Positions 48,801-59,883 of a stretch of 64,000 nucleotides of DNA are shown here, piece by piece (position 1 is the first letter of the stretch; every line of letters begins with the position of its first letter). The stretch is from Macrostomum hystrix (lineage: Eukaryota; Animalia; Platyhelminthes). The translations under genes were made by a program, and so were the position numbers. The stretch is from assembly GCA_950097015.1 (NCBI GenBank), contig CATNEN010000025.1:3410001-3474000 (forward strand), read 5' to 3'. A model generated the notes under the pieces. The model was not told where the DNA came from. It worked only from the letters and a program-made list of their open reading frames with translations, and searched no databases.

Positions 48801-51139
48801 ATGTTTTACCCATTGGGATGGCAATAAAGCAAAATTAAAGAGAAGTCTAATTATTGAGTTTATAATAACAATGAGCATGTTGCTAAGGAAGCGAAAGTTA
48901 GCTACATCGCAGCTGTTTCTCGAGCCTCTGTCTTCTTGAACAGTAGAGTACCTTGTACTTTTTAAAAGAGGACATGTTAACTCAGTTAGAAATTTCAGCT
49001 GTAATTTGTTACGAATATTTTTGTATCTGTTCCAACCAAAGATCTTATAATTCCGGGAATATTCTACTCTTGGTCTGGTCGTCCTGTGTCTCGCTGACCA
49101 GCTTGTGGCTACTGAGTCGAAACGCAGCAAGTGCCTGTGTATGCTTTGGCAGCGATACCCTTTCTAAATTTTTTCCAAAGTTTTAAAAGTGATTTTTTTT
49201 CCACTTGGGGCGATCCACTGTCTCCAACAGACTGCTAAAAAGGTCTCAAAGTTAGATTTGTGGGTTTTAGTTATCCGTGTCCAACTGCTGCTTGGCCAGT
49301 TCGCATTATAATATACTAAATTTGTCCAACTTACCGGCGATTCATCCCGAACGCGTTTGCCACTAGCCGCCACTCGACTGCCAGTCTGGTCTGCTTCGTC
49401 TTCTTCTTCGCCAGACGATGGCACCAGTTGAGCCAGAAGTCTATCGATGCGTTCAGCACGACTCAGCGGTTGCGCTTCCAAAGCCATCTGGTAAGCGGAC
49501 TCGAGTTTGGAGTCTGTAGCGTCCGGATCCTCGGCAGATGCCGCCGACATCAACTGGCGAGCCTAGTACGAGACAGTTAAATTGTAAATTAGAAAGACAA
49601 ACTGAATTTTCTTGTAAACCAACATGCAGGTCGAAAACCCGAATTGTCCTCGGGAATCCCAACTCCTCAAAACCCGGTGATTATCCCACATTCCCATTCG
49701 TCAAACCCGATGATTATCCCCCATTCCCGATCCTCAAACCCGGTGATTATCCCACATTCCCGTTCCTCAAACCGGATTATCCGACATTCCCATTCCTCAA
49801 ACACGGTAATTATCCCACATTCCCATTCCTCAAACCCGGTGATTATCCCACATTCCCATTCCTCAAATCCGGTGATTATCCCACATTCCCATTCCTCAAA
49901 CCCGGTGATTATCCCACATTCCCATTCCTCAAATCCGGTGATTATCCCACATTCCCATTCCTCAAACCCGGTGATTATCGCACATTCCAATTCCTCAAAC
50001 CCGGTGATTACCCCACATTCCCATTCCTCAAACCCGGTGATTATCCCACATTCCCATTCCTCAAACCCGGTGATTATCCCACATTCCCGTTCCTCAAACC
50101 CAATGATTATCCCACATTCCCATTCCTCAAAACCCGGTGATTATCCCACATTCCCGTTCCTCAAACCCGGTGATTATCCCACATTCCCATTCCTCAAACC
50201 CGGTGATTATCCCACATTCCCATTCCTCAAACCCGGTGATTATCCCACATTCCCATTCCTCAAACTCGATGATTATCCTACATTCACGTTCCTCAAATCC
50301 GGTGATTATCCCACATTCCCGTTCCTCAAACTCGATTGATTATCCCACATTCCCATTCCTCAAACCCGGTGATTATCCCACATTCCCATTCCTCAAACTC
50401 GATGATTATCCTACATTCACGTTCCTCAAATCCGGTGATTATCCCACATTCCCGTTCCTCAAAACCCAATGATTATCCTACATGCCCGTTCCTCAAACTC
50501 GATTATCCCACATGCCAATGCGCCAAAAAGTGCAGATTTTCCACATTCCAATGTGTTAAAACCTAATGATTATCCTACTTTCCTCAAAAGCAACAAATTA
50601 TCCTACATTCAGGTAACACTAAGTAACATAAGGTTGTCCTCTCGTCAGCCCAAACAGACCTGCTCCTCAGCAGCGCCGGGTTCATCAGACCACAGCTGCA
50701 CAGAATCGGCGGGCACCCAGGACCTATTAGGCGGATTGTCCAAGAACTGCACGTGCACCCGGCCGGGCTTATCGGATCGGCGATTGGCTTCAAAGCAGCG
50801 TCTACGGGTAGGATGCCGACAAACCAGACCCGGCCACCAAGGATACGGCTGCAGGCGGGCCCACACCAGGTCGCCTTCGACTAGCTGGCCTTCTCCACTC
50901 TGCTTCTCCTTGGCCTCTTTTGACTTCTTTTGCTGCTGCTGCGGCTTCTGCGTCTTCTGCTTTTTTGCCGAAGACGAGGCCAATAATTTTGACGTCTTTG
51001 AAGCGGTTTTCGGTGTGGCAATGTCAGCCCCCGATGCAGCTGCCGAAGATGATGGCGAAGCTGCGACCGGCCAGGGCAGCTTCTTGGCTTGGCCGCTATT
51101 CTGCGGCGAGAAGAACTGCAGGATGCTCTTCTGCGACAT
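27845..51139 (-). CDS. MSH6: DNA mismatch repair protein MSH6 (15 exons, ~1417 aa)
   Basis: Exons 51139-50660, 49562-49335, 47716-47602 (donor weak), 47502-47066, 46623-46546, 45760-45464, 44196-43978, 43403-42430, 41491-41215, 40952-40762, 40664-40529, 40157-39951, 29544-29457, 28839-28586, 28117-27845; total 4254 nt, in frame. Motifs: PIP box [12 protein letters not shown] (YPWWPG), [30 protein letters not shown] (Walker A), [24 protein letters not shown]. Confidence 0.97.
28233..28353. mobile_element. MITE-like element, ~39-bp terminal inverted repeats with a short AT-rich core
   Basis: TGAGGAAATACCACGGGGTGTTTCAAAT(A)CCCACTGCCT and its near-perfect reverse complement ending at 28353; no clear TSD. 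Confidence 0.7.
28976..29070. repeat. 19-bp tandem repeat (GGAAACCTTTCGGTTTCTT), ~5 copies
   Basis: Direct repetition in an MSH6 intron. Confidence 0.9.
29960..30206 (-). mobile_element. tRNA-derived SINE copy (CORE/Meta-SINE-like body)
   Basis: Minus strand reads TAGCCTAGTGATTACAGCGTCGGACTAAGG...GGGGTTCGATTCCC (A/B boxes) then ...TTCAGTTTACCCAGCTATTAAATGG; similar to copies at 46704 and 51657. Confidence 0.7.
31617..33088 (+). CDS. Two-exon gene nested in MSH6 intron; ankyrin-like N-terminal motifs and SOCS-box-like C-terminus (ASB-like)
   Basis: Exons 31617-32069 and 32318-33088 join in phase 0 (GT-AG), ~407 aa. [17 protein letters not shown] and [11 protein letters not shown]...FKELMECG are ANK-like; [17 protein letters not shown] is BC-box-like and LP...RQLLEF Cul-box-like. 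Confidence 0.7.
34655..34740 (+). mobile_element. tRNA-like Pol III head (SINE-like), followed by a GC-rich tract
   Basis: GGGTCAGCGGCTAGCG (A-box-like) and AGTTCGATTC (B-box-like); no convincing cloverleaf. A second degenerate head lies near 35250-35310. Confidence 0.4.
35760..36760 (+). mobile_element. Degenerate 3' fragment of a non-LTR retrotransposon (LINE) ORF2
   Basis: Frameshifted segments WKYLAFHM..., [33 protein letters not shown]...CPKC...[10 protein letters not shown] match LINE RT-thumb and C-terminal CCHC-type motifs. Confidence 0.8.
39222..39656 (+). repeat. Dispersed ~420-bp repeat, copy 1 (copy 2 at 41637-42048)
   Basis: Shared blocks e.g. CAAGCACACGAAACTCAAGAACACGGGCCAACTTTTT and GCAGCTCAACCACAGGACACCCTCGCCAAGTCTGTC. 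Confidence 0.9.
41637..42048 (+). repeat. Dispersed ~420-bp repeat, copy 2
   Basis: Colinear with 39222-39656, same orientation, in a different MSH6 intron. Confidence 0.9.
43460..43875. repeat. ~50-bp tandem repeat (GTCAGGCAGAGAGCCGGAACTGACAAGATCTAATCTGAGGAGGAAGAAGACTTG)
   Basis: About 8 copies with variable GA-rich linkers. Confidence 0.92.
44410..45200. repeat. 21/22-bp minisatellite (AATCCTTCAGCCTGTAATCCCA)
   Basis: Direct repetition. Confidence 0.95.
45765..46147. repeat. 10-bp tandem repeat (GGTGAGGATA), abutting an MSH6 acceptor
   Basis: Direct repetition; on the gene strand it forms a pyrimidine-rich tract ending just before the AG at 45761-45762. Confidence 0.96.
46249..46460 (+). 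mobile_element. tRNA-derived SINE copy (degenerate)
   Basis: GGTTCGATTC B-box, CCCAGCTG core and CCAGTCCATGGACTGAAC...GCAGCCTTCAG tail shared with other copies. Confidence 0.7.
46704..46935 (+). mobile_element. tRNA-derived SINE copy
   Basis: GGACTCAGGA...GATTCGATTCCC head, TTGTGTCCTTTAGCGAGACACGTAACTCTGCATT...CACCCAGCTGTTAAATAGG core, CCAGTCCATGGACT tail. Confidence 0.8.
47945..48440. repeat. 16-bp pyrimidine-rich minisatellite (TGTCTCATCTCTCCAG)
   Basis: Direct repetition. Confidence 0.95.
49045..49165 (-). mobile_element. Short LINE C-terminal remnant in an MSH6 intron
   Basis: One minus frame reads [25 protein letters not shown], the RLSSHKL.IET motif of LINE ORF2 tails. Confidence 0.5.
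49665..50585. repeat. 33-bp minisatellite (GATTATCCCACATTCCCATTCCTCAAACCCGGT)
   Basis: About 27 copies; source of the [11 protein letters not shown] pseudo-ORFs. Confidence 0.96.
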
Positions 51140-51656
51140 GGCGCTCTGCGATTGGCGAGAATAAATCTAGACGAGACTATTGCTAGTCAGATTGGTGGAT
51201 GCACAGCTGAAATATTGAAAATGTCAAAATAAATTATAAATAGCATAGTTTAAACAAACAATTTTTGATTCGCTTTAATGAGCTAAAGGTTGAAGAGCTT
51301 CGTAATTCTAATCGAGAGGTCAGGAATTAGAAACTTTTGCCACAATGCCGAAATTTCATACTACATAATATAATATGTCGTCTTTGTATCAGTTACTAAT
51401 CTTACATAATTAATAAGTGACAATTAAGTGCTAAGTGCTATTACTCTGCAATGAAAGTGCGAAGTCTACAATCCCTGCAGCGCGATTCGATGGTGTAAAG
51501 TCTCCTATTCAGTGCATTTCGACGTTATGAAATCTCGACGCTACTAAGCATAGCTGCATGGAATTTTGACGATGTGAAATTTTGGGCTTGTGAAATATGC
51601 TGACACTTTGGATATTTGACGTTGTGAAATTGGGCCCGATGTGCAGCCAACAGCAT

Positions 51657-51879
51657 CTGAAGGCTGCGTACCGCTATTCAGTCTATGGACTGGGGGGACG
51701 CCATACCCACCTTCAATTACCCCAGCTGATGCCCGTACCCATTTAACAGCTGGGTGAACTGATGCAATGCAGAGTTAAGTGTCTTGATAAATGACACAAA
51801 TTGTTCTAGTGAAGTTGGGAATCAAACCTCTGACCTTCTCATCCTGAGTCCGACGCTCTAGCCACTAGGCCACAGCCCC
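51657..51879 (-). mobile_element. tRNA-derived SINE, best-preserved copy
   Basis: Minus strand GGGGCTGTGGCCTAGTGGCTAGAGCGTCGGACTCAGG...AGGTTTGATTCCC head, then CACCCAGCTGTTAAATGGGTAC core and CAGTCCATAGACTGAATAGC...GCAGCCTTCAG tail. Fragments also near 9490, 18960-19110, 20480, 25610-25740 and 62060. Confidence 0.85.
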
Positions 51880-52636
51880 TGCCAGTTCACTAGCAGTTAC
51901 ACTACTTATAATAGTAAGGTTAAAATTTTAAAGAAATAAAGATAAACATCACGACACAATTGGTCATGTTCAGGCGATTTTTAATTTCTGTTTTAGTTGC
52001 AACTATATTGCCAAGAGTGTCGAATTAGTCCATCAAACACTTGGAGACACACACACACTGCGGTAGGCGTGAACAATAGGACCCACAAAACAGAAGAGAA
52101 CAGTCAATAGACAGAAGAGAATAGAGAGAAGCGACAAATAGGGAAAATGCGCGAATAACAGGAAATATAGTATCGTCATAATAATATGAATAATAAAGAA
52201 AAGTATTATATAATGTGGTTAGTGAACATCAAACCAGGAGTTAAAAATATATATTAATTTTTTAAGGAGAAACATTTAGCTGCTACTTATGTCGTCGCCG
52301 TTATCTGCTAAAAGAAATTTTTAGCTTAACACTTGAATTCAAGCGGTAATATTTTATATAGTAAGTACTCCTAATCCCTGGTTATGTAACGACAAAGATT
52401 TCTAAGCAGCTCTTTATAATATTAATATCAGTAAAGGCGTTAAATTAAAGTGCATGTTTTACATACGAACGAATTAATAGAAATAAACAATTATTGAACT
52501 CAATGAACACAGCAATCGAAAAGGAAGCAAACACGAATACATTAAACACAAAAATCTAAGCGTAATATAATGGCCTAATCAAAACGATGAATTAGTCAAA
52601 TCTCATAGGACTCTATGACTTGGACAGAATAATGAA

Positions 52637-52997
52637 TTAGTTCGAATAGCCGACCCGATCGCGCGGAATGAGCCGCAACTCTGAGCCGTATTTAAGAAAC
52701 ACTTCTCCAGCGGTCTGCTGGGGATTAATACCCACGCCGTCATTGGTGATGATGGCGCTAGTGGCCGGCGGCACTTTGAACTCTTCGGCTGAGAATTTCA
52801 GCACGGCCGTGAATGGAGTCGCCTCGGGCACGCTCAGCCTTATAGGGAGAGCAGAAAATTCACACGAATTAGACAACTGACATAAAATAAAATACTTAAA
52901 AACATTTCAGTTGGAGCATGTATATCCTTTGAACTTACACTTTGTAGGGAAGCTTCGGGTCAGATGTCAAGGTAATTTTAAAAGTAACCTTCGACAT
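52637..52997 (-). CDS. UFM1: Ubiquitin-fold modifier 1
   Basis: Exons 52997-52939 and 52838-52637 (phase 2): [20 protein letters not shown]|[66 protein letters not shown]. Confidence 0.97.
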
Positions 52998-55900
52998 TGT
53001 TTTAGTTGAACTGCAAATAATCATGATTGTTTCTTCAATGATTTGGTTGCGAAATGTGCTTCATAAAATCAAAAAATTATGTTATGTAGCCCTGATATAA
53101 CACATCTGTTGTGGCTTATTTTATATAACATCAGATGCTATTGGATTCACATTACTTCACATCATTCACTTACATTCACATCCACTTCAATAACAGCAAC
53201 TTTAGTAACAAGAATTGCCAATGTCGCTAACAACCACATTGATAACAACTTATTTGGCCAAATGATTAATAACAGTTACAATAAAACAACTTTGGGAAAT
53301 AAATGTTAACCTACTTTTGTAATAGTAATAATAATACATGCAAAAATACTACTTACAATTTACAATCCTAGTTGTGCCTTAATTATAATACAAGCATATT
53401 TAATTTTGTTTACTATTGTTTCTACCAAGATTTAAAATTAAATATATGTACATGTATGAATACACTGGTGCAACTACGGGAGTGGGAGCGATCCAAATAT
53501 AGTAGGGGTACCAGGCAAATTTTTCAACAAAATGGTCCTTGAACCCTATCCAGCACTTGTCCAGGATGATTCACTTTTGGTCTACCCCTCAATTCCCCCC
53601 ATTTGAAAATCCTAGTTGCATCACTGTATATATACACAAGTTGCAAACCTGGCCTAACCTCAAAGGAATGGGGGTTTATAATTTCAATGAATGCTCCAGA
53701 ACTGTTTTACAAAAAGGATCATGCAAATTGACTTTGTTTTAGAATGACTTGAATTGCACAAATAGATGTAAAATAATTGTGAACTAAAGGTAAGGGGTTT
53801 TAGTATTACACATACATGCGCAACCTCCCAAATCTTAGCTGGCCGTGCAACTTAGTTTTTGCTCTCACTTGCAACTTAGTTTGTTTCATTGCTCTATTGC
53901 TCTATTGCTTTCATTGCTCTATGACTTAGTTTGCTCTCATTTTCTCTCCCCTTTTTCCATTTCTTCACGCCTTCCTTTTTTGTCCCTTGGTCCCCCCTTT
54001 GACTTTTTTGTGCTTGGTCAATTGGTTTTTGCGACTTACCTTGCTTGGCCCTCGTTTCACCCGGCCGGTTCGGCCGGGTTGGCCGGGTGTTGCGCATGTA
54101 TGGTATTACAGACGTTTACAGTTAACATTCCTGAAATTTTCTATGATAAGGATCCTATACATTTACTTCTTCAGTTTACAACCATTTAAATAGTAGAAAT
54201 AAATCTAAATAATAATGAACTAAAGCTAGCCTAAGGGGGTAGCAGCTAGTTAGTTCCAAGGTTTGAAGACAAATCAATTGCCAATAAGTGCAAGTTGAGC
54301 AGACAACTCTCAGAAACTGCTGCAAAGACCTGTGGATTGATGAGACAAATGAATTAGTATACTGTTGTATGTTTCCACAACCTTTCAGCTTTGGTTCACA
54401 GTTATTTATATGTATCTCTTCTATTTCATTAAAATGGTTGTAAACTAAAGGCAGAGAGTATTCAGATAGTGATCACATTCTGTTATTGCTACTAGTCACT
54501 ACTCATAGTAAACCCCCTACCATTGGTTCACAATCATTAACATGCTTTTTGTGATATAAATGATTGTAAACTAAAGTGGATAAATAGAATCCTTTTTGTA
54601 GAACATTAAATAACACAAAATAAAAAACCCAGTAAATAAAAATCTATTTAGGTTTCCTATAAAACAAGCCATAATTGCTGAAAATAATACAAAAAACACT
54701 AGGATAAATTTATATAAGCTAAGCATGGAAGTGTATGTTTATGATTTATACAATACCAACTTCAGTAAGGAAAAGTGCCCCCCATATCACGTCATTGTCT
54801 CATACAAATAATCATAATATAGAAAATAATAAATGATCCTGAGCATCCAGTGCAGTGGTCATATAATTCTCGAATTACCCAATACTAAAAAAATGCTTCT
54901 AGGTAAAATTATCAATTATGTAATGAGCACAGTAGTTTTAGACAGTCGAAATTTACGGGCTTATATTTATAATACCAGTTTTACTTACAACTATATCTGT
55001 AAGATTAAAATGTAATAAATAGTAAAAGCAGTACCCTGAAGAAGCGCCTCGTGGCACTCGTACGTAATAATACTTTTAGACACAGAAATTGACGTGTGGT
55101 AAAGTTTAATTTTAAATAAATTTCGCGTACGCTTTTAAATGCACAATTTAAAACAAGTTTAGAATACGATAAATAATATTTTATGTTTTTTTTGTGCTTA
55201 CATTTCCTGCTATAATTAAACGATACAAAATGTTATAATTTACCATAGCTAGACAAAAAACATTAAAAAATTTGTTCGGATCAATTCGGTCGGCATTTTT
55301 TAAAATACTTCTGCACCATTACGTATATATCAAGGTCCACTAGAAGAAAGATCTTCTAGTGGTCCTTGCGTTATATGTGCGTAAAAAGCAGTAAACTCGG
55401 ACGGATTATAAAATGAAATAAGTCCCTTAAGCGATATGAATTAGCGTATATTTGAGGATGTAAAAGTCTTAGAAAGCAATGTATCAATTATTATATCAGT
55501 AAAGAGCTTGAGCCAAAAAGTAATAGGGTAGTAGTAATAGTAGTAGTAGTATCAATTTTCAAGTAAGCATAATTGGACAGTAAAGAATACAATTGTCTAT
55601 GGCCAGGGCAGGTATAATTAGAGTTTCAGCCTAATCTGAATCAAGTTGTTCTCAGGGCAAGCAATAGGTGAATAGTCCAGAAACTTTTTCACCACCCCTT
55701 GTAATAATAGAGGCCTTTGTAAAGAAGTATCACTTTTTTATCGTGCATTTTGTTATTTTATTATAAAAGTACATTGGAAACCCCTAAGACAAGAGCAAGA
55801 GGAAAATTCTCATTTGAAGATAAACTCTGTCTAAGATTGTGTGATAATTGATCCCAGATAGAATTTTGCCTAAAATAGTTTGCCGACTGTAGGTAGGGTA

Positions 55901-57439
55901 GGCCTACACATCAATCAAAACAGTAAACAGCTTCAAAGCAAAATGGCCAGATGACAATCTTACAAAACTCTGCTATTATTACAATACAACAAAGTTGAAC
56001 AAACAATTGACCTGAATTCTAACAAAACAAACCCATGGAGCAACTTGTGTAATTTTTTCATTTAAAATAAGTATGCCCCTGTTGTGCTATAGGCCCTATG
56101 CATGCTCTACACCCCTGTAAATGGAAATAATAGAACATTTTATGTAACAAATAATAAAGTCTATACATCTGGTTGTGATGGTCAGGCTTGAAATGTAAAT
56201 TTTAATTTAAAATTAAAAAATAATATTATTCAAATATCAAAGCATTGTGTCAGTGTTAATACTTTATTATGTTCACAAAGTAATGGATAAGGCCTAGGGC
56301 CTATAGAAATATATTCAGCTAGCTAGCTAATTTTGCTACTTAACCAGGTATGGTTTTTATATATTTATAATTTTTTATCATAATAGCTATAATTATATTT
56401 GTAGAGACTATATAACATGGAATTAACTTGCTGTTTTTATTTTTATTTACCTGAAACTAAAATATTATGTAGGCTAAATGTGAAGCCTGGCTTATGAAAC
56501 TATGTTAAGTAGTTAAGTTAAAGTAGTAAGTACTAAGTACTAAATAGTAAATTCATTTAGTATATTGTCTTGAACTTGATGAACTGGATCATAGACTGAA
56601 GGCTAGGGCCTATCCATTAGCTAAATAAATTAAATAGATGAAGTTTATTATATTAATGAAGTGTTAAATTGTCAGTTTTTTACCTATTTTGTGGCAGTTT
56701 TAATAGTCATAAGCCTATAATGTGCTGTAGTAGCTACAATTTATATATGATTTTTATTGAATAGAAAGGGATGACAAAATACTATTTAAGCATTAGGGGT
56801 ATAGCAACAGTGAATATTGTGCTATATCCTTGATGTGGTTTTTGGTGCACTTAGCACTTCAACTTAATTTGATGCCCTTTGATTTGAATTGAAGCATTTC
56901 ACCTAAATATATATAGCCAAATTTTATGATTTGCTTTTTAGACTGGGTTCTAGGTGGTAATCAGTCTAAAATTAATGTCAGAAAGTCTCTGAAATCAGAT
57001 ATAAGGTCAATTTTCTCTAATATTTTAATCTGAATAAAAACTGATGAGTAGGATAACCAAAACTTATCCTACTGACTCCTACTGATTTTATAACTAATAA
57101 TAAAATGGACATGGGGATAGTGATGTAAATGGTCTAAGAGTTTAAGTGGCCTAGCTATGATTGACATCTTTCCAAGTTCTCTAGACTGCTCCACAGACCA
57201 CTTGGATACATTTTATCTTGAATTAAGACACTACTAAAACTTGCATATGGCTAACAGGAACATTCTTTTTTTCATTTATAAATGTATTATGGAAAGGTGC
57301 TAGCTTACAAGCATAAATGAACAATGAACAATGAGCATAAGTGCCAACACCTTAATTATTACATATTTTAGGCTTATCAGGGTAAAAAAAATTTGATTTC
57401 AAAAGAAAGGATTTAAGTATCACACCTTGGTCAAGGCTG

Positions 57440-58435
57440 AAGAATACAATACAATACAATAAGTACAATGTCCACTGACCACAAGTGGCCTGAAAAGGGG
57501 GGCATTGTCAAAAAACACATCTGGCCACAGTCTTTGATGAAGGCACCGCCATTAGCCTGTTTGGGCGCCCTGGCGTCTTCTAACAGACAGTCAATGAACC
57601 TCCAGGTTCGCGCCTGACCTCGCCAGTATGGGCCCTGCTGCGTGTGCAGCAAAACCTCCTGCAGCGGCTCCGGGCAACAGGCGCTGTTGTCATGCTTGGA
57701 GGGCTCACCTTGCCCATTGATAGAAGGCCTGGTTTGTGACATGATCGGTGTGGTGGTGGATGCTGAAGGCAGCGCGCAGCAGGCTGGAGTGAGCTGCGTC
57801 CAGCTGACGTTGCAGCACCTCCGTCATGGTCCAGGTTTCGGCATTGTAAAAAAGCACGGTTTACACAACCGCCTGGAACAGTCGGGTCCTCAGCAGATCT
57901 GGCAGGGCGTCGCTTTGAAGCACGACTCGAACTGAGTGGAAAGCTGCCCAGGTGAGCCCTCTGCAACGTCGCAAATCCTCTTGGACACTGGGCACAAGAC
58001 CGCCAAGATACCGGAACTGCTCACACCGGGGTAGGGATGTTGCCGTCGAGCTGTCTATGCTGGGAAGACGGATGTCAGCTGGCAGGTCAGCAGGCACAGT
58101 GAGGACCTCCGTCTTCTTGGCATTGATTTTGAGGCCAACCCTTGCAGCGGCAGCAGCGAGGCCGTCAAGCAGGCATTGGGCATCTTCAGCGGTGGAGGCT
58201 AACAGGGCCAGGTCGTCGGCGTAGCCTAGGACTGCCAGTCGCTTCTCTGGGTGCCGGCTGCTTGTTCGCCTGCATAGGATGTAGCCGTCTGAGTTGTCCG
58301 TAGACCTGTCCGCAGCACCCAGTCCAGGATGAGGATGAACAGGAAAGGAGCGAGGGTGTCTCCCTGCAGGACTCCGGATGATGTTGTGAATGGGTCAGAC
58401 AGGCCATCAGGTGTGACCACAGCGGCTGAAGAATG
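57440..58435 (-). mobile_element. Degenerate non-LTR retrotransposon RT fragment (RTE/RTEX-like)
   Basis: Frameshifted GVLQGDTLAPFLFILILDWVLR, LGYADDLAL, FRYLGGLVPS, LRTRLFQAVV. Confidence 0.88.
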
Positions 58436-58877
58436 CTAGTGCCCCCTCTGCTGTTATCCCCATGCAACATCACTGTGTATAGCTATGGTTCTATACTAAA
58501 TTGAGTAAGTCAAAGGAATTTGGCTTTATGGGTTCTGGGTGCAAGGTTACTTAAGATCTTCTTAGTTTTGAAGCAGATAAAACCTTATCTATGACTATAA
58601 ATCTAAAATATATTGCAGAAGTCCTAGACTCAAGTATTTATGATAATTTAGTTATAATTTTGCTGTTTAAAAGTCAATTCGTTTGTGTTTAGGTGGCCCT
58701 TACTACAATGCTCTACAGAATAAAACCATGCTGAAAGAAGCTTGACTATGCAACTTAAGGGTTAAGACGTTTTCACTGGCAGCAGATGCACACAAAGCTT
58801 TGCGAGACTTCATTTTTAACGACTGTAAAAAACAAACGTTTTAATTTCACACACTTCAGCCCAATCCCGGCCAAGGC

Positions 58878-59261
58878 ATGACATCAACCCTGACCATTCG
58901 CCTGATTCGATCGTTCGAATTCAAGAATGTTCGAAATGTGGTTCTGAACTCGCTGGATCTTGACAAGGCCACCGTGGCTGATCTTAAAGCCGCTATTCGT
59001 CAAGCTCTAGCAACTAGCAGGTCCCTGCCGCCAACATTTAAATCCTTCGGCTTTGACACTCTCAAGATCCACTGCCTACCTCAGGCTGCTAAGCCAAACG
59101 ATTTGGTTGTCAATGTAGAAAATGATGAGGCTCTGATTCTGGGCAATGATTCTGCCACCTTGGCCAGCTGCGGCATTGTTCACGAGACTGAGCTGTCATA
59201 TTTTAATTACGCAGATTATTGCGCCTATAAGGAGAATCCAGTCACTGCGTTTAAATGGTAG
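58878..59261 (+). CDS. C2orf76: UPF0538 / DUF2340 protein (C2orf76 homolog), intronless CDS
   Basis: 127 aa: TLTIRLIRSFEFKNVRNVV, LPPTFKSFGFDTLKI, AAKPNDLVVNVENDE, GIVHETELSYF..DY..YK.NP..KW, matching the recalled C2orf76 pattern. Confidence 0.88.
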   Translation: MTSTLTIRLIRSFEFKNVRNVVLNSLDLDKATVADLKAAIRQALATSRSLPPTFKSFGFDTLKIHCLPQAAKPNDLVVNVENDEALILGNDSATLASCGIVHETELSYFNYADYCAYKENPVTAFKW

Positions 59262-59843
59262 TTTAAATTTTAAATTTAAACTAGCCATAGTCTCTATAGG
59301 CTTTCTCACATCTTTGACCTTTTTATTGTATTTAGCATTATTGCATTGTTGTTATATTGCTCAAAGTTGTTATATTATTTTTTCATTTGATTTTATATTC
59401 GGATTGGTTAATTAAAACTCATGTCTTAGCCCGCACTCGTTAGTTAGCACAGCTAATCATGTTTAGTAGATGTCGACGATCGCAACAAACAAATATTTCC
59501 TACCATATTCGTAATGCGATTATGCATTATGCTTGTTTATGGTTTAAATTATTGATGAATGCATTTCTGTTTTGTAGATTATTGACTAGAAAATGGGAGA
59601 TCGTGTTATTTATTTAACCGTTTTAAAACCAATCGGACTAGCTAGAGCTATTAAATGCTCTCTATCTACTTACAGTAGACAAAATAGTTTATTAGTTAGC
59701 CAAAAAAGGTCAAGTATAAAACTTTGCATATGTCTGTCTTCAATTTGGCTACTTAGTTTATTAAACATGTATATATTCCGAACATTGTTACATGAATTAA
59801 ATAGAGAAAACTCAGAATCAACATTTAAATTTTCTTAGAATTT

Positions 59844-59883
59844 TGCCAATGCATTTCGACCACAATCGGTCATCTTCAGGGCA
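59844..59883 (-). ncRNA. Minimal type I hammerhead ribozyme (copy in inverted pLTR)
   Basis: Exact reverse complement of 60569-60608. Confidence 0.75.

Noticed and set aside
24792-59261. A dedicated ubiquitin-like system (UFM1, UBE2T, SOCS-box gene, DUF2340)
   Set aside because: UBE2T is a ubiquitin E2, not the UFM1 E2 (UFC1); the genes are on mixed strands and clustering is plausibly chance.
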